Shown: piece after piece, positions 57,038 to 64,000 of the stretch
Position numbering within the stretch: the stretch's first letter is position 1
Layout: the number at the start of each line of letters is the position of its first letter
Assembly: GCA_035627655.1 (NCBI GenBank)
Contig: DASPLI010000001.1
Coordinates: 323,355-387,354, forward strand
From: Minisyncoccota bacterium
Lineage (GTDB): Bacteria > Patescibacteriota > Minisyncoccia > Phycocordibacterales > Phycocordibacteraceae
Reading direction: 5' to 3'
DNA length: 64,000 bases
Notes under the pieces: model-generated
What the model was told of the DNA's origin: nothing
Seen by the model: only the letters and a program-made list of their open reading frames with translations
Database searches by the model: none
Translations under genes and position numbers: made by a program

Positions 57038-57421
57038 TTAGCCTCGCTGCTCTTGTTCCTGTTCTCGTCGCACGTCGCGCAGTTTCCTGAATTCGTCCCC
57101 GTACGCCTCGAGCACCTTGTCTTCTAGGTCCTCAGCATCGATAAGTTCGTTACGAGCGGAATCGATCGAGCGAATAATCTCGTCGAGTTTGAGGTGTACC
57201 GCGTGTGCATCGCGGTTTTGAGTGTTTTGAATAAGGAACACCATGAGGAAGGTGAGAATGGTGGTGCCTGTGTTCACCATGAGCTGCCAGGTGGTAGAGA
57301 AATGAAAGAGGGGACCGGTTACTGCCCAGACGAGAATGAGGAAGGCGGCGACGACGAAGGCGCCTGGAGTACCAGCGACGTGGCTCGTCCACTGTGCGAA
57401 TTTTCGAAAGAAGTTGTTCAT
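57038..57421 (-). CDS. Low-affinity iron permease-family (PF04120-like) small membrane protein
   Basis: 'GPLFHFSTTWQLMVNTGTTILTFLMVFLIQNTQNRD'. Confidence 0.45.
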   Translation of the reverse strand: MNNFFRKFAQWTSHVAGTPGAFVVAAFLILVWAVTGPLFHFSTTWQLMVNTGTTILTFLMVFLIQNTQNRDAHAVHLKLDEIIRSIDSARNELIDAEDLEDKVLEAYGDEFRKLRDVRREQEQEQRG

Positions 57422-57728
57422 GCTCGTTTTGCGCAGCAGCGGCAGTCATGGCCCGCAAGCTTTACCAGGCCGGCGATAACCAGGAGGGCTGGCCAGGAGA
57501 GGGAGAGGAAGGTGTCGGAGATAAGTCCGGCAGCGTGACCGAGGAAATCAAGACCGATAAGTACGATGGCGACGGGAGCAATGGCGTGGTGCGTGCACTT
57601 GCAGGTGGGGTCAACTTTATCCATTACCCCAAGGGTAGCACCCGAGACTCCTCATGGCCACGAATTTAGTGGATAACAGATTCCTGATTGAAATAGCTGG
57701 CTTAATCGGCTAGGATGCGAAGGTTATC

Positions 57729-57804
57729 GCCGATGTAGCTCAGTTGGTAGAGCACGTCCATGGTAAGGACGAGGTCACCGGTTCAATCCCGGTCATCGGC
57801 TCCA
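57729..57804 (+). tRNA. tRNA-Thr (GGT)
   Basis: Acceptor GCCGATG/CATCGGC, anticodon loop ATGGTAA, T-loop TTCAATC, encoded CCA. Confidence 0.85.
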
Positions 57805-57834
57805 AATGATTCGAGAGGGTGCTATGGTTACTTC

Positions 57835-58869
57835 ATGAACACTTCTCGAGGATTCTCACTTCTTATCGTCGTGCTCGTCGTAGCAGGGCTTGGTCTCCTG
57901 CTCCTTGGAAACCACGGTTTCAAGCCCATTCTTCAAGAGGCAGTCACTGCGCTCCCAAGCGAGCAGACTATTTTCACGTTCGAGGCGGAGCTTACGCCAA
58001 GTACCGAGATGATGTTCCGCTCTCCTCAGCCGACCAGTAGCGCCAACCCGCCCCCTGCGGAGATCGTCTCGCGCTCGACCGGCGTCGTCCTCAAGACCCT
58101 TCCAGAAGCGAGGGGCTTTGGCGGTGACATCTACAGTGGAAGCAGTCGACCAACCGTATCGCCGAAAGGGAACTACCTGGCCTACCTTTCAGGAAATGCA
58201 GTTATGATCGCTGATACGAAGGAGCATCGCGTGGCGATCACCGATCCTTCGTATGCGCAGTATCCGGAGATAAACACACGCTTGCATACCTGGAGTCCTG
58301 ACGAACGCAAGCTTCTCTTCACGCTCTCCGTTACCACTGGCTGTGGAATGACGGCCGATCCGTGCCCGGAGGTAGAAGTTCCGGAAGGATTGCCGGAAGG
58401 ATTCCTTCTTGCTGACCTTGATGCGGGCACAGTGCAACACCTAGCGAGCCTCAGCACCAAAACGCACTACTACTTTGAAGGCTGGCTCGATAACGACACG
58501 CTCGTGTTCGAACGCGACAACGTCGTATATGAATATACGCTTGGGGATCTGGCCATCACTCCTTCCTCGCGCTTCGGGACTCCGTTTGCAAAGATCAACT
58601 TCTTCTCGTTCATTGGTACAGCGGTCGATGGCACCTACCTCTATGTTCGCGGACAGGGACAGAATTCTGGCACGCCGCTCGAGCTCGTTGCTCGCAAGGA
58701 CGGCCGCGATCAGGTGATTGTGTCCTACCCATGGGCGAAGGTGCAGAGCAGGGATATCTCGATCTCTGACGATGGCCGCTTCGTGTCTTGGACCTATCAG
58801 GATACTGGGGTCACCCGGACGTACGATCTTCTTGAGCAAAAAGAGGTGAGTGAGGGCTTGGGCACGTAA
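57835..58869 (+). CDS. Membrane-anchored beta-propeller (TolB/WD40-like) protein
   Basis: N-terminal TM; repeated 'SP.G..LAY', 'WSPDERKLLF' beta-propeller-like repeats. Confidence 0.45.
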   Translation: MNTSRGFSLLIVVLVVAGLGLLLLGNHGFKPILQEAVTALPSEQTIFTFEAELTPSTEMMFRSPQPTSSANPPPAEIVSRSTGVVLKTLPEARGFGGDIYSGSSRPTVSPKGNYLAYLSGNAVMIADTKEHRVAITDPSYAQYPEINTRLHTWSPDERKLLFTLSVTTGCGMTADPCPEVEVPEGLPEGFLLADLDAGTVQHLASLSTKTHYYFEGWLDNDTLVFERDNVVYEYTLGDLAITPSSRFGTPFAKINFFSFIGTAVDGTYLYVRGQGQNSGTPLELVARKDGRDQVIVSYPWAKVQSRDISISDDGRFVSWTYQDTGVTRTYDLLEQKEVSEGLGT

Positions 58870-58906
58870 TTGTTTAAGCCATCGAAATACGCTATATAAG
58901 ACGTAC

Positions 58907-58982
58907 GCCACCGTAGCTCAGTTGGTAGAGCATTGCATTCGTAACGCAAAGGTCGCCGGTTCAATCCCGGCCGGTGGCTCCA
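58907..58982 (+). tRNA. tRNA-Thr (CGT)
   Basis: Acceptor GCCACCG/CGGTGGC, anticodon loop TTCGTAA, encoded CCA. Confidence 0.85.
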
Positions 58983-59007
58983 AGAAAGAGGGGTATACTA
59001 AAGGTAT

Positions 59008-59385
59008 ATGCCACGACGCAACGAACCCTCGGAAGCTGCTCTCTACGCGCATAAGGAGGCTAAAGCCGCAGTCGAGCTGCTTGAGTTGGAAGGCCGCAAG
59101 GATATTGCTACCGCTATGGATTTTACGGATCTCAACTTGCGTCCGGAGATTGAAGCGGCTGTGCTTGATTTTGCTGCTAAGCGCTATGCGCTTGAAGCGG
59201 AGAAACCGAAAGGCTGGGAGCCGACCGCACAGGAGCGTGCAGATATGCGCGAACATATGACGGCGTACCGGAATCTCACGACTGAAGGCGGCTACGTTAT
59301 TGAGCTTCCGGTCGAACTGGAAGACGGCACGTTCCGTACTGCAACCTTCGTTCTCGGCGTCGACGGGCGCGATATGCTCCACTAA
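59008..59385 (+). CDS. Hypothetical protein
   Basis: ORF only. Confidence 0.3.
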   Translation: MPRRNEPSEAALYAHKEAKAAVELLELEGRKDIATAMDFTDLNLRPEIEAAVLDFAAKRYALEAEKPKGWEPTAQERADMREHMTAYRNLTTEGGYVIELPVELEDGTFRTATFVLGVDGRDMLH

Positions 59386-59408
59386 GGAGTATTGCTATAC
59401 TCGCTCGC

Positions 59409-60278
59409 ATGGAAGACAACCCGCGTCTTGCGGAAATAGAGGCGCTCATGGCCTCGCCGGATTTCTGGGCAGATAAAGACAACGCACAGAAGATTGTGCG
59501 GGAGTATCAAGCGCTCAAGGAGGGTGGCAGCGGAGATCCGCTTGATGACGGAGACGCAACGCTTGCGGTGCTTGCGGGTGCTGGCGGAGACGATGCGGAA
59601 GATTTCGCCGGCATGCTGCTTCGCATGTATGAAGGCTATGCAAAAGCCAAAGGCTGGCAGACCGTTCTCCTTCATGACCATGAGAACGATCACGGCGGAT
59701 ATCGAAACGTGTTGATTGAGGTGCGCGGTGTTGGCGCGTACGGGCGCCTCAAGCACGAATCAGGTGTTCATCGCCTCGTGCGCATCTCTCCTTTTAATGC
59801 AAACGATAAACGGCAAACCTCCTTCGCGATGGTAGAAGTGCTACCGAAGCAGGCGCCAAGCGATGCGATTGAGCTTCGTCCCGAAGATCTGGATATTCAG
59901 TTTGCTCGCTCCGGCGGGGCAGGAGGCCAGAACGTGAATAAGCGCGAGACGGCAGTACGCATCGTACACACGCCCTCTGGTGTTTCCGCGCATGTTTCAA
60001 GCGAGCGTAGCCAGCAGGCCAACCGCGAACGGGCGCTTGAGATTGTGAAGGCAAAACTCTTTGCGATGGAAGAGGCAAAGCGCGAAGCAGAAGCAAAAGG
60101 CCGCTCCATTGCGACCTCTACCGCTAACGAATGGGGAAGTCAGCGCCGCTCGTATGTGCTGCATCCCTACAAAATGGTGAAAGATCATGAAAGCGGGCAT
60201 GAATCCGGCAATCCAGACGGGGTGTTATCAGGAGATTTGGATGATTTTATAGACGCATCGATTGCTTCTGGGGTATAA
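59409..60278 (+). CDS. prfB: Peptide chain release factor 2 (short form, apparently without the programmed frameshift site)
   Basis: 'SPF' tripeptide ('RISPFNAND'), 'GGQ' ('SGGAGGQNVNKRETAVRIVH'); N-terminus aligns from about residue 30 of E. coli RF2. Confidence 0.85.
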   Translation: MEDNPRLAEIEALMASPDFWADKDNAQKIVREYQALKEGGSGDPLDDGDATLAVLAGAGGDDAEDFAGMLLRMYEGYAKAKGWQTVLLHDHENDHGGYRNVLIEVRGVGAYGRLKHESGVHRLVRISPFNANDKRQTSFAMVEVLPKQAPSDAIELRPEDLDIQFARSGGAGGQNVNKRETAVRIVHTPSGVSAHVSSERSQQANRERALEIVKAKLFAMEEAKREAEAKGRSIATSTANEWGSQRRSYVLHPYKMVKDHESGHESGNPDGVLSGDLDDFIDASIASGV

Positions 60279-60288
60279 TGCCCCGGTT

Positions 60289-60969
60289 ATGATTCAGTTC
60301 GATCGCGTCACCAAGCATTACCGAGACGGCACACCCGCTCTTGAAGGTGTAACTCTCTCGATTGAACCGAAGGAGTTCATCTCCATCGTCGGCCACTCCG
60401 GTGCCGGCAAAACAACCCTCCTCAAGATGCTGCTTGCAGAAGAGCGTCCGACGGAGGGTACCGTCTTTTATGAAGAGGTAGATATTCATGATCTCCCTCG
60501 TAGCGCGCTGCATCACTACCGCCGGCGCATTGGTACCGTCTTCCAGGACTTCCGCTTGATCCCAAACCGTACTGCCTACGAAAACATCGCCTTTGCCATG
60601 GAGGCGGTCGGCAAGAGCGACGAGGATATCGCCTCAGACGTCCCGTACATCCTTGATCTTGTGGACCTTGGGGACAAGGCAAACCACTTCCCGCACCAGC
60701 TCTCCGGCGGCGAGCAGCAGCGCGTCGCCATTGGCCGCGCAATCATCAATCAGCCGGACCTGATCGTTGCTGACGAGCCGACCGGCAACTTGGATCCGGT
60801 GAACACCTATGACGTCATTGAGATTCTGAAGAAGATCAATGAGCTTGGAACCACCGTGCTCCTGACGACACACAACAAGGGCGTTGTCGATGCGATGGGT
60901 CGCCGCGTTATCACCATGGACAAGGGGAAGGTGATACGCGACGATAAGCACGGCCACTACATCCTATGA
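60289..60969 (+). CDS. ftsE: Cell-division ABC ATPase FtsE
   Basis: Walker A 'GHSGAGKTT', signature '[14 protein letters not shown]', Walker B '[12 protein letters not shown]'. Confidence 0.85.
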   Translation: MIQFDRVTKHYRDGTPALEGVTLSIEPKEFISIVGHSGAGKTTLLKMLLAEERPTEGTVFYEEVDIHDLPRSALHHYRRRIGTVFQDFRLIPNRTAYENIAFAMEAVGKSDEDIASDVPYILDLVDLGDKANHFPHQLSGGEQQRVAIGRAIINQPDLIVADEPTGNLDPVNTYDVIEILKKINELGTTVLLTTHNKGVVDAMGRRVITMDKGKVIRDDKHGHYIL

Positions 60970-61889
60970 TGACCTCCTTCAAGCGCATTTTCATAAACGG
61001 TGCCAAATCTTTTGCGCGAAGCGGTTCGGTCTCTTTTGCGACCGTCCTCATCATGACGGTCACGCTGCTCATTATCGGTCTCCTGATGTTCCTCTCGGCA
61101 GTCCTTGATCACACGCTCTCCGCCATCCGCGACAAGGTGGACGTGAACGTGTACTTCGTCACGACCGCCGCGGAGACGGACATTGTCGCCTTCCAGCGCC
61201 AGCTTGCAGAGATTCCAGAAGTAGAGCGTGTTACCTACACCTCTCGCGACGAAGCACTCCAGGCATTCCGCGAACGACATGCGGGCGACGAGCTCACGCT
61301 CCAGGCCCTTGAAGAGCTTGGCGAGAACCCGCTTGGCGCCTCGCTTGCTATCAAGGCGAACGATCCGAGCCAGTACGCAGCCATCGTTAATTTCATCAGC
61401 AATAATCCGGCAACTGGCCCCGATGGCGCTTCGCTCATTGAGCGCGTGAACTACTTCCAGAACAAGGACGTGATTGACCGGCTTACCGCTGCCATGAACG
61501 CTACCGAGCAAGCAGGGCTCGTGATCGTGCTTCTGTTTGCGCTTGCATCTGCGACGATTGCGTATGCAACGGTACGTCTTGCCATCTATACCTCTCGTGA
61601 TGAGATCGGCGTCATGCGCCTCATGGGTGCTTCCAACATGTTCATTCGCGGTCCGTTTGTGGTCGCCGGCGTTCTCTCGGGAGCGCTTGCGGGCCTTATC
61701 GTGCTGCTGCTTTTCTATCCGTTTGCCTTTACGGTCGGCGGCGCGCTTCGCACATGGCTTGGCGGATTCGATATCTTCGCCTACTACACCGGCAACTTCG
61801 CCCTGTTCTTTATCGTTCTTCTTGGTACCGGCATTGTGCTTGGCGGGCTTGCCAGCTGGTTTGCGGTTCGTAAGTATCTAAAGGTCTAG
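60966..61889 (+). CDS. ftsX: Cell-division permease FtsX
   Basis: N-terminal TM, periplasmic domain, three C-terminal TM (FtsX fold); overlaps the ftsE stop. Confidence 0.8.
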   Translation: MMTSFKRIFINGAKSFARSGSVSFATVLIMTVTLLIIGLLMFLSAVLDHTLSAIRDKVDVNVYFVTTAAETDIVAFQRQLAEIPEVERVTYTSRDEALQAFRERHAGDELTLQALEELGENPLGASLAIKANDPSQYAAIVNFISNNPATGPDGASLIERVNYFQNKDVIDRLTAAMNATEQAGLVIVLLFALASATIAYATVRLAIYTSRDEIGVMRLMGASNMFIRGPFVVAGVLSGALAGLIVLLLFYPFAFTVGGALRTWLGGFDIFAYYTGNFALFFIVLLGTGIVLGGLASWFAVRKYLKV

Positions 61890-61893
61890 CGGT

Positions 61894-63540
61894 ATGGCAA
61901 AAGAAGGACACAAGTACATCTTCGTCATAGGCGGGGTAATGAGCGGCGTCGGTAAGGGAATCGCCGTTTCGTCTATTGGGCTTATTCTCAAGCAGCGCGG
62001 GTATCCGGTGAATCTCGTAAAGATCGATCCGTATCTGAACGTAGACGCTGGCACTATGAATCCAACCGAGCACGGGGAAGTATTCGTGCTCCGTTCCGGT
62101 CTGGAGACGGACCAGGACATGGGCAACTACGAGCGCTTCCTTGGACGCGACCTGACGGCCGAGGACTATATGACCGGCGGCATGGTGTACCAGTCCGTGA
62201 TTGCCGCCGAGCGAGCGCTCAAGTACGGCGGCAAATGCGTGGAAGCTATCCCGCACGTGCGCGACGAGATTCTGAGGCGTATTGAAGCGGCTGCCGAGCA
62301 TAACGGCAGCCGTATTTCCGTTATTGAAATAGGCGGCACAGTGGGCGACTTCCAGAACGCGCTTTTTATCGAAGCCGCACGCGTCCTCAAGATGCAGCAT
62401 CCAGACGATGTAATCTTTGGTCTCGTGTCCTATCTGCCGGTGCCGTCCACCTTGGGTGAGATGAAGACGAAGCCGACGCAGAACGCGGTTCGCGAGCTCA
62501 ACTCTTATGGTGTGCAGCCGGATTTCTTGATTGCGCGCGCCAACTATCCGATTGACGAGAAGCGCAAGGAGAAGATGGCGGTCGCAGTCTCCGTGCGTGC
62601 TGATCGCATTATTTCTGCGCCGGATGTGCATTCTATCTACGACGTACCGCTCAACTTCGAGAAGGATAATATCGGCGACATTCTCCTTGATGCCCTCAAG
62701 CTTCCCAAAGATACGCCAGCAGACCTCTCCGAGTGGGAGCAGTTTGTGAAGAATACGAAGATCGAGTCGCCGGAGGTGAAGATCGGCATTGTCGGAAAGT
62801 ACTTTGATACGGGTGACTACATTCTCTCCGATGCCTATCTTTCCGTGATTGAGGCACTGAAGTTCTCTGCAGCGAAAGTCGGCGTCAAAGCAAAGATTGA
62901 CTGGGTGAACGCCAAAGAGTTCCAGGAAGGGGAGAATCTCGAGAAGCTTGCCGCCTATGACGGCATTCTGGTGCCGGGCGGGTTCGGACAAACAGGTATT
63001 GAAGGAAAGATTCATGCCATTCGCTATGCGCGCGAGAATAAGATTCCGTACTTTGGCCTCTGTTACGGCATGCAGCTTGCGGTGATTGAGTTTGCACGAA
63101 ACGTGCTTGGCATTGCGGACGCGCACACGGTTGAGATTGATCCCAACACCAAAAATCCGATCGTTGACGTCATGCCTGAGCAGATCGACCTGATTGCTTC
63201 CGGCAATTATGGCGGCACCATGCGCCTTGGCGTCTACACCGAAGTCATTACTCCAGGCACGATCGCGCATGAGGCGTATGGCAAGGACGAAGTGGAAGAA
63301 CGTCATCGCCACCGTTATGAGATCAATCCATCGTACGTGAAGCAGCTAGAGGAGGGCGGCATCGTCTTCTCTGGCAAGAGCCCCAATGGCGTGCTGATGG
63401 AAATCGCAGAGCTCCCGAAGGAAGTGCACCCGTTCTTCCTGGGTACGCAGGCGCATCCGGAACTCCAAGCTCGTCCGCTCTCGCCGCACCCGCTCTTTAC
63501 GAAGTTTATCGAGGCAGCAAAAGCGCGAGGAGGAAAGTAA
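61894..63540 (+). CDS. pyrG: CTP synthase
   Basis: 'KYIFVIGGVMSGVGKGI', glutamine amidotransferase 'GLCYGMQLAVIEFARN', 'HRHRYE'. Confidence 0.95.
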   Translation: MAKEGHKYIFVIGGVMSGVGKGIAVSSIGLILKQRGYPVNLVKIDPYLNVDAGTMNPTEHGEVFVLRSGLETDQDMGNYERFLGRDLTAEDYMTGGMVYQSVIAAERALKYGGKCVEAIPHVRDEILRRIEAAAEHNGSRISVIEIGGTVGDFQNALFIEAARVLKMQHPDDVIFGLVSYLPVPSTLGEMKTKPTQNAVRELNSYGVQPDFLIARANYPIDEKRKEKMAVAVSVRADRIISAPDVHSIYDVPLNFEKDNIGDILLDALKLPKDTPADLSEWEQFVKNTKIESPEVKIGIVGKYFDTGDYILSDAYLSVIEALKFSAAKVGVKAKIDWVNAKEFQEGENLEKLAAYDGILVPGGFGQTGIEGKIHAIRYARENKIPYFGLCYGMQLAVIEFARNVLGIADAHTVEIDPNTKNPIVDVMPEQIDLIASGNYGGTMRLGVYTEVITPGTIAHEAYGKDEVEERHRHRYEINPSYVKQLEEGGIVFSGKSPNGVLMEIAELPKEVHPFFLGTQAHPELQARPLSPHPLFTKFIEAAKARGGK

Positions 63541-63706
63541 TTTAAAGGCGCACGGCCGGTCAAAGACCGGCCGTGCGCTAAGAGTTAAGCCATAGGCTTT
63601 AGAGCGCCCTAGGTTGCGCTCGTTGAAAGAACAGACGCTGTGCCCTGAAATGCGCGTATAGCGCGTAGCGCTATTTTCTCAAATCAACCATGAAAGGAGC
63701 ATGAAG

Positions 63707-64000
63707 TTAGGTGAAATCCATCGTCACTTCGTGAACGCCTTCATGTTTCGGTTTGTTGAACGCTTCGAGATCTCGTCCGGCAGGAAGCGTAATAGTGACG
63801 GTTGTTCCGCGATGCTGCGCGCTCTGTATAGCCACTGAGCCTTTATGGAGCTTCACGAGCTCTGACACGATCGCAAGTCCAAGGCCCGAGCCACCACCAC
63901 TCATGCGGTTACGAGAGGCATCGCCTCGGTAGAAGGGCTCGAAGATACGGTCCAGATCCTTCTCGGGAATACCCATTCCGTCATCCTGAACCCTGATCTC
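63707..64000 (-). CDS. Sensor histidine kinase, C-terminal HATPase_c domain only; N-terminus lies beyond the window end
   Basis: 'LDRIFEPFYRGDASRNRMSGGGSGLGLAIVSELVKLHKGSV' G1/G2 boxes. Confidence 0.6.
   Translation of the reverse strand, partial: EIRVQDDGMGIPEKDLDRIFEPFYRGDASRNRMSGGGSGLGLAIVSELVKLHKGSVAIQSAQHRGTTVTITLPAGRDLEAFNKPKHEGVHEVTMDFT

Noticed and set aside
61810-63312. 500-aa minus-strand ORF
   Set aside because: Antisense to pyrG (CTP synthase), which is unambiguous.

Overview
This 64 kb window is a high-GC (~58-60%) bacterial chromosome segment with compact, mostly co-directional operons, possibly from a monoderm or Patescibacteria-like lineage with a small genome.

Housekeeping genes include recG (truncated at the window start), a MurNAc-L-Ala amidase, a malic enzyme, nfi, ligA, gatC and gatA, sppA, prfB, ftsE, ftsX, pyrG, and nine tRNAs (Ser-GCT, initiator Met with an A1xA72 mismatch, Met-CAT, Asp-GTC, Thr-GGT, Thr-CGT).

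A near-complete type IV pilus and competence locus spans 11.8-24.7 kb. It holds comFC, pilM, pilN, pilO, pilB, a CheY-like receiver, pilT, pilC, the major pilin, pilD and four minor pilins. There is no secretin gene.

Two accessory regions stand out.

- **6.0-9.3 kb:** a four-gene operon that looks like a complete ubiquitin-like conjugation system. It encodes an E2/UBC-like protein with an HPN-type catalytic motif, a JAMM/JAB isopeptidase with a perfect H-x-H-x7-S-x2-D motif, a minimal ThiF/MoeB-type E1, and a beta-grasp Ubl ending in Gly-Asn. The operon ends at an intrinsic terminator.
- **34.8-44.5 kb (possibly to ~46.5 kb):** an integrative element inserted next to tRNA-Asp. Its large serine recombinase gene overlaps the tRNA 3' end. 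It carries a 1.1 kb ORF-free region, an HNH nuclease, a HicB-like gene and a dcm-vsr pair. It also carries a tightly coupled five-gene operon led by a MORC/MutL-like GHKL ATPase, a candidate methylation-associated defence module.

Other points:

- Degenerate copies of the initiator-tRNA 3' end flank a membrane-protein gene at 29.1-31.0 kb.
- A ~100-nt intergenic element occurs twice around 45.9 and 46.5 kb.
- Oxygen-related genes (alternative-oxidase-like, hemerythrin) and a solitary LigD phosphoesterase domain sit just upstream of the element's tRNA landing site.

No CRISPR array and no rRNA gene was seen.
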